Assembly: GCA_965204535.1 (NCBI GenBank) | Contig: OZ241996.1 | Span: 192,001-256,000, forward strand | Direction of reading: 5' to 3' | DNA from: a bacterium | GTDB taxonomy: Bacteria > UBA8248 | Length of the DNA stretch: 64,000 nucleotides | Part shown: positions 8,516-18,154 of the stretch, piece by piece | Layout of the letters: each line of letters begins with the position of its first letter | How positions within the stretch are numbered: position 1 is the first letter of the stretch | Translations under genes and position numbers: made by a program | The notes under the pieces: model-generated | Told to the model about the DNA's origin: nothing | Seen by the model: the letters and a program-made list of their open reading frames with translations, nothing else | The model's database searches: none

Positions 8516-11500
8516 TTGGAGCGTATTTTTGGATTCGACATCGGGACGACCTCGATAGGCTTCGCCGTGATTGACCACGATCCGGATGCGGCGACGGGCG
8601 AGATTAAGCGTATGGGCGTCCGCATTTTTCCCGAAGCGCGCGATCCGAAGGGCGCGCCGCTCAATCAGGAACGGCGAGCGGCGCGTATGCGCCGTCGCCA
8701 GTTGCGCCGCCGTCGCGAAAGAAGGCGTTCGCTCGGCAAATTGTTGTCCGAAGCCGGTCTACTCCCCACTTACGGATCCCCCGAATGGGACAAGGCAATG
8801 AAGTACGACCCCTACGATCTCAGAAGGCGGGCTTTCGATGGCGCGCCTATCTCCCCGCATGAGTTCGGGAGGGCGATCTACCACCTTGCCCAGCGTCGTC
8901 ACTTCAAGGGGCGGGACGTCGACGAGATTTCCGATGATACCCAGACGGAGGATCGGAAAGAGGAAAAAGCGGACGCCGATGAAAAGAAAGCCAAGGGCAA
9001 GCGCGAATCAACCATAGCAATACTGAAAGACGAGAATAAGACGCTCGGCGCGTGGCTGGCGGAGCGCGGGCCGCATGAACGCAAGCGAGACGAGCATGCA
9101 ACGCGAAAAATCGTCGAGGATGAGTTCGAGAAAATTTGGGAAAAGCAGAAGAAGCATTTGTCTGTGCTTCAGGACGAGGAATTGAGGGACTCCATCCGCG
9201 AGGCGATTTTCGCTCAACGCCCCGTGTTTTGGCGCAAAAATACGTTGGGGGAATGCCGTTTCGTCCCCGAAGCGCCCTTGTGTCCGAGGGGCGCATGGCT
9301 CTCTCAACAGAAGCGGATGCTGGAGAAGGTCAACAACCTCTCGGTGGGCGGCAGCGCCCGCTGCCTCGACGCAGAAGAACGCCGGGCGATTCTCGACAAA
9401 CTGCAAACGCAGGCGTCCATGACCTGGAGCAGAGTTCGGGGCGCGCTCAAGCCGCTTTATGAACAGCGCGGTATGCCGGGCGAGGAGAAGCGCCTCAAGT
9501 TCAATTTGGAAGACAGTGAGAAAAAGCTCATTGGCAACCCGCTCGAAAAGAAACTCGCGGACATTTTCGGTAAAGATTGGCCAGCGCATTCGCGCAAGCA
9601 GGAAATCCGCGACGCCGTGCATGACAGACTTTGGCATGCGGATTACGGGGAAACCGGCTCACAGCGCGTAGTCATTCTCCCAGCGAAAGAACGCAAGAGG
9701 AGGCGCGCAAAGGCGGCGCATGGTTTTGTGGATGATTTCGGCGTCACCGAAGCTCAGGCCGAAAAGCTCAAAGACCTCAAGCTACCCACGGGATGGGAGC
9801 CTTATTCGGTCGCGGCGTTAAAAGCATTTTTGCCCCATCTCGAAGAGGGCGTGCGGTTCGGTACGCTGGTGAGCAGTCCTGAGCCCAAATGGGAAAATTG
9901 GCGAGAAAAAACCTTTCCGCGAATGGAGCAGCCGACGGGCGAAATTCGGGATCGTTTGCCCAGTCCGGCGGATCCGGAGGAAAGGGCGCGCGTCGCTAAA
10001 TTGCGCAATCCCACGGTCGCGCGGGCGCGCAACGAATTGCGCAAGGTCGTCAACAACCTCATCGACAAGTTCGGAAAACCGGACCTGATCCGCGTGGAGT
10101 TGGCACGCGAGGTCGGCATGTCGAAGCGCCAACGCGAGGATATGTCGATCGGTATGAGGCGACAGGAAGGACGACGGAAAAAGGCGAAGGAAGCTCTCGA
10201 AGAAAGAGGGATACCCAACCCTTCGCGCGATGACGTCGAAAAATGGATGCTCTGGGAAGAGTGCGGGCATTTCTGTCCTTACACCGGAAAGGGTATCGGT
10301 TTCGAGGCCCTGTTTCACGAAAACGAATTTCAGGTCGAACACATCTGGCCGCGTTCCCGCTCTTTCGACAACAGTTTCAGAAACAAGACTCTGTGCCATA
10401 AGGACGAAAATCTCAGGAAAGGCAATCACATTCCATTTGAATATCTGAGTAGCGATGAAGAGAGTTGGGATCGGTTGGTGAAGCGACTGGAAGGAATGAA
10501 GGCGACCAAGAGCGGGGTCGGCATGTCGCCGGGCAAGGTCAGACGATTTCTCGCGACTGAGATACCGGAGGACTTCGCCGCGCGCCAACTCAACGACACC
10601 GGATACGCCGCGCGCGAGGCCGTGTCTTTCCTCAGGCAATTGTGGCCGGACGCGGGACCTGAAGCACCCATGACGGTGCAGGCCGTATCCGGCCGCGTTA
10701 CTGCGCAGCTTCGCTGGCTCTGGGGTTTGAACGACATTCTTGGCGAGAGCGGCAAGAAGACGCGATCCGATCATCGCCATCACGCGATTGACGCGCTGGC
10801 AGTCGCCTGTACGCATCTCGGCATGACGCAGAAGCTCTCTCGCTATTGGCAGGTCAGGGACTTACGGATCAAAGAAACCTCACACGCCCGAAAGCCGCGT
10901 CTGGAGCGGCCTTGGGAGACGATTCGCGCCGACGCGGAAAAGGCCGTCGCTGATATCGTCGTGTCGCATCGTGTTCGCAAGAAAATATCCGGGCCGCTGC
11001 ATTTGGGGACAATTTACGGCGATACCCGTAAAGACGCAGTTACCAAATCTGGAACCCACCGCTATTTCGTTACGCGCAAGAAGGTCGAAGAACTAAGCAA
11101 GAGTGATTTGGCGGATAAGAACGAAGACATGTGGCCGGATAAGAGAGTGCGTAAAATCGTCAAAGAGTGGGTGAACACTAATGGCGGAGACTCGAAAAAA
11201 GCATTTTCCTCCGGTTTTCCGCTATGCGGGCGGAACGGTCCTGAAATCCGCAAGGTGCGCTTACGAAAGAAACAGCAGTTGAAACTGATGGCGAAAGCCG
11301 GGACCGGCTACGCCGACCCAGGCGAGAATCACCACATGGCGATTTACCGCCTGCCCGACGGCGAGATCGATTTCGAGGTCGTTTCTTTGTTCGATGCGGC
11401 GCAGCGTCTGGCAAGACGCGAAGACATTGTGCGGCGCAAGCGCGAGGACGGTGCGTGCCTCATCATGTCGCTTTCAAAAGGCGACGCATTGCGGTTTCCT

Positions 11501-11686
11501 GACAACGACCAAGCCAAGGTGCGAATTGTCGAGAGCATTTGGGCGGCTGGCCCGGTAGTAATGGCTGACCACAACGACGCTACTGGAACGACTCGATTTC
11601 GACCTAGTCCCAATCCTATTATAAACAGCGGCGCGAAAAAAATTTCTATCGATCCCATCGGTCGCATACGTCCAGCCAAAGATTGA
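8516..11686 (+). CDS. cas9: Type II-C Cas9 (about 1056 aa), Parvibaculum-like
   Basis: RuvC-I FGFDIG, Arg-rich bridge helix, RuvC-II VELAR, HNH EHIWPRS...NKTLC...N, RuvC-III HHAIDA; TTG start after GGAGG gives MERIFGFDIGTTSIG (alternative start 8501). Confidence 0.97.
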   Translation: MERIFGFDIGTTSIGFAVIDHDPDAATGEIKRMGVRIFPEARDPKGAPLNQERRAARMRRRQLRRRRERRRSLGKLLSEAGLLPTYGSPEWDKAMKYDPYDLRRRAFDGAPISPHEFGRAIYHLAQRRHFKGRDVDEISDDTQTEDRKEEKADADEKKAKGKRESTIAILKDENKTLGAWLAERGPHERKRDEHATRKIVEDEFEKIWEKQKKHLSVLQDEELRDSIREAIFAQRPVFWRKNTLGECRFVPEAPLCPRGAWLSQQKRMLEKVNNLSVGGSARCLDAEERRAILDKLQTQASMTWSRVRGALKPLYEQRGMPGEEKRLKFNLEDSEKKLIGNPLEKKLADIFGKDWPAHSRKQEIRDAVHDRLWHADYGETGSQRVVILPAKERKRRRAKAAHGFVDDFGVTEAQAEKLKDLKLPTGWEPYSVAALKAFLPHLEEGVRFGTLVSSPEPKWENWREKTFPRMEQPTGEIRDRLPSPADPEERARVAKLRNPTVARARNELRKVVNNLIDKFGKPDLIRVELAREVGMSKRQREDMSIGMRRQEGRRKKAKEALEERGIPNPSRDDVEKWMLWEECGHFCPYTGKGIGFEALFHENEFQVEHIWPRSRSFDNSFRNKTLCHKDENLRKGNHIPFEYLSSDEESWDRLVKRLEGMKATKSGVGMSPGKVRRFLATEIPEDFAARQLNDTGYAAREAVSFLRQLWPDAGPEAPMTVQAVSGRVTAQLRWLWGLNDILGESGKKTRSDHRHHAIDALAVACTHLGMTQKLSRYWQVRDLRIKETSHARKPRLERPWETIRADAEKAVADIVVSHRVRKKISGPLHLGTIYGDTRKDAVTKSGTHRYFVTRKKVEELSKSDLADKNEDMWPDKRVRKIVKEWVNTNGGDSKKAFSSGFPLCGRNGPEIRKVRLRKKQQLKLMAKAGTGYADPGENHHMAIYRLPDGEIDFEVVSLFDAAQRLARREDIVRRKREDGACLIMSLSKGDALRFPDNDQAKVRIVESIWAAGPVVMADHNDATGTTRFRPSPNPIINSGAKKISIDPIGRIRPAKD

Positions 11687-11728
11687 ACCAGTTATAAGAT
11701 ATCCGCGAGATTGTAAGGAAATGGTTTC

Positions 11729-11772
11729 TTCCGCCCGATCGGCTGGATTTTTTTGTCGCCGATCAGGCGGAA
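11729..11772. terminator. Hairpin between cas9 and the array (terminator or leader structure)
   Basis: TTCCGCCCGATCGGC ... GCCGATCAGGCGGAA inverted repeat. Confidence 0.55.
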
Positions 11773-11804
11773 ATGGCCTTTTTTCAGTACCTTACGAAAA
11801 AGCG

Positions 11805-13290
11805 ATTGTAGCAAGTCGAGGGGTGGCCGCAAACCACAGTCTGCGAGCTTGCCGATTGATTCCGCGCATTATTGTAGCAAGTCGAGGGGTGGCCGCAAAC
11901 CACAGTCTACCATCACTCCGGGCTTTGCTACAAAAGATTGTAGCAAGTCGAGGGGTGGCCGCAAACCACAGTAAGATCGTGAAAAAGCATCGTGAAAACT
12001 CGATTGTAGCAAGTCGAGGGGTGGCCGCAAACCACAGTTTAGGACGGGAAGCGTAGACAACCCGATCCATTGTAGCAAGTCGAGGGGTGGCCGCAAACCA
12101 CAGTGAATGAAGTTGCGCCTTCAAGCCGTCACCGATTGTAGCAAGTCGAGGGGTGGCCGCAAACCACAGTGCTCCTCGTCTTGTGGACCGCAAAGAGCCC
12201 ATTGTAGCAAGTCGAGGGGTGGCCGCAAACCACAGTACGCGGCATCGAGGCTCACCTGCACCCGGTATTGTAGCAAGTCGAGGGGTGGCCGCAAACCACA
12301 GTCCAGCGTGGTGCTTCCTCATGCTCGCATCGATTGTAGCAAGTCGAGGGGTGGCCGCAAACCACAGTTGGTGCAGGTTCTTCACGCTCACGCGTCCGAT
12401 TGTAGCAAGTCGAGGGGTGGCCGCAAACCACAGTTAGAATGCGTGCAGATCCACCTGCTTCTTGATTGTAGCAAGTCGAGGGGTGGCCGCAAACCACAGT
12501 GTGTCTCGAAGGATGTGGACGACAGGAATATTGTAGCAAGTCGAGGGGTGGCCGCAAACCACAGTAAGAGTCAGGGGATTACGGAACTCAAGCAAATTGT
12601 AGCAAGTCGAGGGGTGGCCGCAAACCACAGTCATGGGCCTCTGTTGGTTATTCTTGGCCTGATTGTAGCAAGTCGAGGGGTGGCCGCAAACCACAGTCGT
12701 TTCTTCACCGAATCACTGCCGAAAATATTGTAGCAAGTCGAGGGGTGGCCGCAAACCACAGTCCTGATCATCGAGGAGCGCTACGCCCACCGATTGTAGC
12801 AAGTCGAGGGGTGGCCGCAAACCACAGTGCTTCATTTACAGGAGCAACAACCGGATTTATTGTAGCAAGTCGAGGGGTGGCCACAAACCACAGTGAAGGA
12901 GGCGCGATGTCATGGCCAGACGAAATTGTAGCAAGTCGAGGGGTGGCCGCAAACCACAGTATCTAAAGTATCGGCATCTACATCAAGATCATTGTAGCAA
13001 GTCGAGGGGTGGCCGCAAACCACAGTTACTAGGCGTTTTCGTATAGAATGCCTTTAATTGTAGCAAGTCGAGGGGTGGCCGCAAACCACAGTGAGCACCG
13101 CAGCGTAAGCCCGAGCTTCGCGATTGTAGCAAGTCGAGGGGTGGCCGCAAACCACAGTTCATAGGTGGATTCGCCTATAATGCCTCTAATTGTAGCAAGT
13201 CGAGGGGTGGCCGCAAACCACAGTAGCTAGACGTTTTCGCGTATGCTCTTCTCAATTGTAGCAATTCAAGGGGTGGCAGCAAACCACTCG
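11805..13290 (-). CRISPR. CRISPR array, 23 repeats of 36 bp and 22 spacers of 29-30 bp
   Basis: Plus-strand repeat ATTGTAGCAAGTCGAGGGGTGGCCGCAAACCACAGT with about 66-bp period; one variant at 12859; degenerate last repeat 13255-13290; minus orientation from tracrRNA complementarity and terminal TGCTACAAT. Confidence 0.98.
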
Positions 13291-13854
13291 TTGCGAAAGG
13301 CTGGATTCATAAAGGGAATCGTCATATCTTTGTGCATGGTGGCGCATCTCTTATTTACTGAATGATCGGGCTTCTGACAACCCTATTTCAGCAGGAATGC
13401 GCCGTCTTCTTCAATTCAGCCCACACACAAGATCTGAGGGTAACTCTGCATAAAGTTTATGCAGGACAATGACTTATTGCTCTCATAATCATTGTCAAGT
13501 GAAGTGGAACGTAGCCGGGGAATGGTCTGTATCTGTGGATAGTTCAAGTGTGTGCGATTCATCGGCAACTTTTTTCCGAGTCCTAAGTCAGGTTGCGATC
13601 GGGTGATGCTGGGCATGAATCTGTAAATTGAGCGGTGTGGTCAGTTCCCAGATGTGTCGGTACGGAAGCTGAAGGTGAATAAGTTGCTGGATCGGACTTG
13701 CGCCTAAGAGCACCCAACGGTTTCCTCGTTGCGGGGTAGACTTGCTGGAAGCCACACAACCGAAGGCACCAGTAGTCGCAGGCGGCTCGGCGGTTCTTGT
13801 GCCAGGTCCGAACTGGTCGGGGACACGAGCAAATCAATGCTTCTGATTTGGCAC

Positions 13855-13884
13855 TTGACACTGTAGTGTGAAGTGCACTACATT
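13855..13884 (+). promoter_or_regulatory. TA operon promoter with overlapping operator palindrome
   Basis: TTGACA (13855-13860), TACATT (13879-13884) and TGTAGTG-N7-CACTACA (13862-13882). Confidence 0.7.
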
Positions 13885-13905
13885 AGCCTTGTGAAAGGGG
13901 CGGCC

Positions 13906-14214
13906 ATGTTAGACTTTGACATATCATCAAGTTCTTCTACCAAACACACTAGAACCACGCAGGTGCGTCACGATGATCGACTAGCGACCCTGATTGAGCG
14001 TGCTGCACTGTCGCTAGCTGTGCATAAATCGGTCTTCCTGCGCGCAGTGATTGAGCGCGAGGCAATACATGTGCTTGAAGCGCAATCCCGACATGTTCTG
14101 ACACCGGAGGACGCCGAGCAGTTCGCTGCGGCCCTTGATTCCCCCCCCGCTCTGACTCCACGCGCTCGGGAGGCGGCACGAAACTATCGCGCGCGCGTGG
14201 TTCATGCCGACTGA
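13906..14214 (+). CDS. DUF1778 (TacA/AtaR-like) antitoxin
   Basis: LIERAAL...LTPEDAEQFAAALDSPP pattern; overlaps the downstream GNAT gene. Confidence 0.88.
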   Translation: MLDFDISSSSSTKHTRTTQVRHDDRLATLIERAALSLAVHKSVFLRAVIEREAIHVLEAQSRHVLTPEDAEQFAAALDSPPALTPRAREAARNYRARVVHAD

Positions 14215-14749
14215 AACACCTGCCCTTAGAATCGAATCTTTTGATCCAGCACGGCATGACCGCGTCGGTTTCGATTGCGGTGTTGATCGCCTGAACAACT
14301 ACCTCAAGCTGAGCGCAAAGAAGCAACAGAAAGACGACATGACCCGCGTCTATGTTGTTGTCGAAGAGGGGAGCACGCGCATCCTCGGCTACCATGCGAT
14401 CAACGTGGGCAAGATGAACGTGGACGAGCTCGAGCATCGACCGCGCGGGACACCGAAGCATGGAGAGATCCCGGTGCTGTTCCTGGGACAGGTCGCAGTG
14501 GACAAGCCGTCGCAAGATACAGGTCTTGGCGGCATCCTCATGTACCATGTCTTCGAAAAAGCATGCAAGATTTCCGAAATGGCCGGTTGCCATGCAATCA
14601 TCCTTGATGTCATCTCGGATGGAGGGGAAGAAGCACTTGCGCGTCGTAGAGCGTGGTACGAAAACTTTGGTTTCACTTCCTTCTCCAGCAATCCTGCACG
14701 CATGTTCCTTGTGATGAAACAGGTCCGCGCGGTGACTCGGGCAAAGTGA
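14204..14749 (+). CDS. GNAT-family toxin (TacT/AtaT-like acetyltransferase)
   Basis: HDRVGFDCGVDRLNNYLK, IPVLFLGQVAVD...QDTGLG and WYENFGF motifs. Confidence 0.9.
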   Translation: MPTETPALRIESFDPARHDRVGFDCGVDRLNNYLKLSAKKQQKDDMTRVYVVVEEGSTRILGYHAINVGKMNVDELEHRPRGTPKHGEIPVLFLGQVAVDKPSQDTGLGGILMYHVFEKACKISEMAGCHAIILDVISDGGEEALARRRAWYENFGFTSFSSNPARMFLVMKQVRAVTRAK

Positions 14750-14965
14750 CGAGAAGCGACCGCTTCGTCTTTCGTTGGTTCGGCTAGTCTGAATCGGGGA
14801 CGTAAGTTGCCAAGGAGTTGAAACCCGAGAGAATCGGCATCAAGATGAGCAAAAGAAAGCTCAATAAAATCCTCATCCCCTTCAACTTCCATGGATTTCA
14901 GGACAATAGCCTTCGAAATCAATTCACGATGAGGAGGCAGGGCTTGGAGCGTTCCAAGACCGGCA

Positions 14966-15730
14966 ATGAGGAGCACGATGTTGACAGGGTTACTTGAACT
15001 TGATCGGCCCAAGGCATGGCCACCAGAATTGTGTGCATATCTTGGTGAGTATTACGATTTGTTCCTGGGGTGGGAGACCAAACAAGATAAGCCCTCCGCT
15101 TCCGCGTATGATTGTGCCCTGCAAGGATTGATGGGTATCTTACAGCCGTATGTGATCTTGGGTTGGCATTGCACGCGGATCACAGCTGCAGAAGCAGACG
15201 ATATCCTACGTAGCGGCATACAAATGCCCGATGCCGCCATGCTGGAACGCCGCATCGATGCTCTTGTGGAATCCAATGAAATCGCCCCTGATCTCGCATG
15301 TCTACTCAAGAGTAAGAATCAATCGGATGAGAAGAACCGTGCTGGAAAGGTCTGGTTCTGCTTTTTTCCGCCGAGGAAGGCGGGAGAGGGGGGAATCGAA
15401 CGGTTCTTCCGCCACTGGGGAGGTGAGGCTCTTTACAATTCTCACGAGGATGATCCTGTTACGTCACCCGCTATCCGCGATGTAGGGACACCTTGCATCG
15501 TCGAGGTTGATGTGCCGGTTTCGTCACTTGCGAGACACGAACCTCTTGCTCTCAATATCGTCCGTCGATTCCTGGCCAGCCGAGACCACCGCATGACAGA
15601 GTCAACTGACTACGAAGATCGAATAGTGCAACCGTTATCGGCTACGAATGTTCGTCGCGTAATTCGCTTTCCTGATCCGGATTTCTTTGCCCTCACGGGT
15701 TGTGCAGAATGGCGTAGGCCGATCGTATAA
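14966..15730 (+). CDS. Hypothetical protein, possible ADP-ribosyltransferase-like fold
   Basis: Long ORF; GWHCTR...ILRSGI and VWFCF resemble ART strand motifs (inference). Confidence 0.6.
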   Translation: MRSTMLTGLLELDRPKAWPPELCAYLGEYYDLFLGWETKQDKPSASAYDCALQGLMGILQPYVILGWHCTRITAAEADDILRSGIQMPDAAMLERRIDALVESNEIAPDLACLLKSKNQSDEKNRAGKVWFCFFPPRKAGEGGIERFFRHWGGEALYNSHEDDPVTSPAIRDVGTPCIVEVDVPVSSLARHEPLALNIVRRFLASRDHRMTESTDYEDRIVQPLSATNVRRVIRFPDPDFFALTGCAEWRRPIV

Positions 15731-16057
15731 GCCGAGGTACCTTCATGCTAGAAGGGTTTGCGTCCCGCATCGCCCTGTTTTGAATATGATTTTACTACAG
15801 GTCGACTACACTCAAGTCGCGCTCAGAAGTCGTCTTTAGGCGCGGATCGGAGCTTTTGGTATAAGTTGCGGTGTGCCGACGCATAACTCTGAACGAGCCA
15901 TTGCAGGTTGAACTATAGAGTACGACTGCTCAATAGTAGCGGTAGTGTCATGGAGTGATAATGCCGCAAGACTCAGAAGCAGTTATTAGTATGGCACTGC
16001 GTATCCGATTGGGTCGACGAATTTTTGATGCTCATAACCCTGCGACCGAACGGATAC

Positions 16058-16200
16058 TTGATCGCTTACGACCGTAGCTCGCAGGGCTGCGCTGGAGTTA
16101 TAATTCATCCGCTTTCGATTTGATTACAAGTTGCGGAAAGCAAGCCCCCAACAAAACTCGCAAAAAACAAATACCCACAACAGTTTCAACAAACTATATA
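16058..16200 (+). repeat. Dispersed intergenic repeat Y, copy 1
   Basis: TGCGCTGGAGTTATAATTCATCCGCTTTCGATTTGATTAC matches copies at about 19428, 29171 and 37415/41861. Confidence 0.75.
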
Positions 16201-16368
16201 GACCTCATAGCTATTGGCTCAACCCTAACGTTTGAACCACGCGACACGGTGAATCTAGCTAGATGAAGTCAATATAAAAGATAGATCGGTGGCTCTTAGG
16301 CAAAATACAATAGGAGTCTGTCGACTGCTTTTCTGTTACAATTCGATACATTAAACAGGAGGATAGAC

Positions 16369-17214
16369 ATGGCACTTGGAGATGGAATACGAAGAAATAT
16401 CGCTCATGTTTCAACAGTAGAGCGAGTACGCTTCAGAGATGCGATTATTGAGCTCAACAGTAGATATTATCCTGACAATGTTTCGAAGTGGGTCAAGCAA
16501 GACCAAATCCATCAGGATACTTATGTTCACCACAAGCCGTCGTTCTTGCCTTGGCACCGAGAGCTCTGTAACCGTTTCGAACAGCTACTGCGAGAAGGCG
16601 ATGAGGAGCTATCGCTACACTATTGGGACTGGACAGAAGATCCACGACGGGCGGGCGATGGAGCTGGTGGCACGATAGATCTGTTTACGGCGGAGTTCAT
16701 GGGAGCGGCGTTCAGAAGCGTCGGGTCGCCTTTCACCGATTTTCCTGCATTTGCTCGAAAGGTGGCAGGGGGAAAAAACGCCCCTGCCCCGACTGGCACA
16801 GACACTGATTCGTCAATCATCAATTCGACGAACGGAGTTGCTCGAGGCGATCAGTGGAAGACATTCCGGCAAAAGATTGAAAGTCCTCCAAACCATGATT
16901 CGATTCACGCGTACATAGGCGGCTCAATCGGCAATGAACACACGGCCTTCGAGGATCCGTTCGTCTTCCTGCTCCACTCCAACGTGGATCGTCTCTGGGC
17001 AATGTGGCAAACAGTGAGCGGAGAGGAATGGCGCCTCGATCCCCAAAAAATCTATGGGAACGAAGGCTCTGACTCTAACATCTTAGAGAACCTTGAACCT
17101 TGGGCAGGCGGACGCGGTTTACGCCCTTGGGGACCGCCAGAAAATCAGCAGGTTGTCAAGAACTCCAAGCATACGACAATCGTGATACCGCCACGTTACG
17201 ACACGTTGCCTTAG
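16369..17214 (+). CDS. Tyrosinase-family type-3 copper protein
   Basis: CuA HQ...HH...FLPWHR, YWDW, CuB HDSIH...GG and DPFVFLLHSNVDRLW; AGGAGG RBS. Confidence 0.92.
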   Translation: MALGDGIRRNIAHVSTVERVRFRDAIIELNSRYYPDNVSKWVKQDQIHQDTYVHHKPSFLPWHRELCNRFEQLLREGDEELSLHYWDWTEDPRRAGDGAGGTIDLFTAEFMGAAFRSVGSPFTDFPAFARKVAGGKNAPAPTGTDTDSSIINSTNGVARGDQWKTFRQKIESPPNHDSIHAYIGGSIGNEHTAFEDPFVFLLHSNVDRLWAMWQTVSGEEWRLDPQKIYGNEGSDSNILENLEPWAGGRGLRPWGPPENQQVVKNSKHTTIVIPPRYDTLP

Positions 17215-17280
17215 CTGATCGCAACTGTATGACAGAATTGGATATTTTGCCGACCAATAAGGGGTCGCAAAGGCTGTCGG

Positions 17281-17506
17281 GAGTTACCCTCAGATCTTGT
17301 GTATGGGCGGAATTGAAGAAGGCAGCGCTGAGCCTCGTGCATTACTCACCATGAGCGCCGAGAAGCGATGGCGCCGCCTACGAGGCTTCCGTCATCTGGC
17401 CGATGTGATCGCCGACGTGAGGTTCATCAATGGTGTGGGCGAAAAAGAAACGGGCAGGAGGGCCGCTGAATTCAGGACGGCCATACACAAGATTTGACAG
17501 TAACTC
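17281..17506 (+). mobile_element. Internally deleted IS256-family derivative (MITE-like)
   Basis: TIRs GAGTTACCCTCAGATCTTGTGTATGG / GAGTTACTGTCAAATCTTGTGTATGG enclose only the transposase C-terminus (SAEKRWRRLRGFRHLADVI); no target duplication seen. Confidence 0.8.
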
Positions 17507-17532
17507 AAAGATTCATTTTGACATAGAATAAT

Positions 17533-17991
17533 TTATTTGCTTCTCATCTTACCTGGAACTTCAATACAACCCGTTTTGTCTTGATCACAATTTGCTAAAG
17601 ACAAATTTTCAACCTTAAGACATCGACGAAGATCAGTTATAAAAAAATCCGAATAATGAGGTATTGTTCTATCTTGATTTCCCAATTCATAAAATCTAGT
17701 AGCTTCTAATACACAACGATCAATGGCTTTTTGTTTGCTCTTAGAACAAGTCTCTTTTAAACATTCAGATACAATTACCCCTGGATGTACAGGTGCATAT
17801 TTATATGAAAGAAAAATATGTAACTGCGAGTAAATTACCAGAGCACTTAAAAGTACACATATTATCCAAAACCATCTCCCCTCCTTGAAAATAAATTTGA
17901 ATCCTGAAATTATCTTATCTTTATAATTCCAAACTGTCATGACAATAAGACCTACAAAAATCCAATAAAGAAACTCAAGTATTGTTTTCAT
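17533..17991 (-). CDS. AT-rich hypothetical membrane protein with Cys-rich C-terminal domain
   Basis: Two N-terminal hydrophobic segments and six later Cys; markedly AT-rich DNA. Confidence 0.6.
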   Translation of the reverse strand: MKTILEFLYWIFVGLIVMTVWNYKDKIISGFKFIFKEGRWFWIICVLLSALVIYSQLHIFLSYKYAPVHPGVIVSECLKETCSKSKQKAIDRCVLEATRFYELGNQDRTIPHYSDFFITDLRRCLKVENLSLANCDQDKTGCIEVPGKMRSK

Positions 17992-18154
17992 TTTCTTCTC
18001 TTTTAACGTAGAAAAATTAAATCACGAATAAATATGATGGATAATAATATTATTCAGATTCTCAAATATATTAAGAAATTGCCACCTCAAAAATAAGTGA
18101 ATTTTGTTAACTTTGCTTAATTAATCCCTTTATGATTCGCAGTCGAAGAGAAGA

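Noticed and set aside
7085-11686. Type II-A or II-B assignment
   Set aside because: No csn2 or cas4 gene is present
11721-12966. ORFs with IVASRGVAANHS or LWFAATPRLAT repeats
   Set aside because: Translations of the CRISPR repeats
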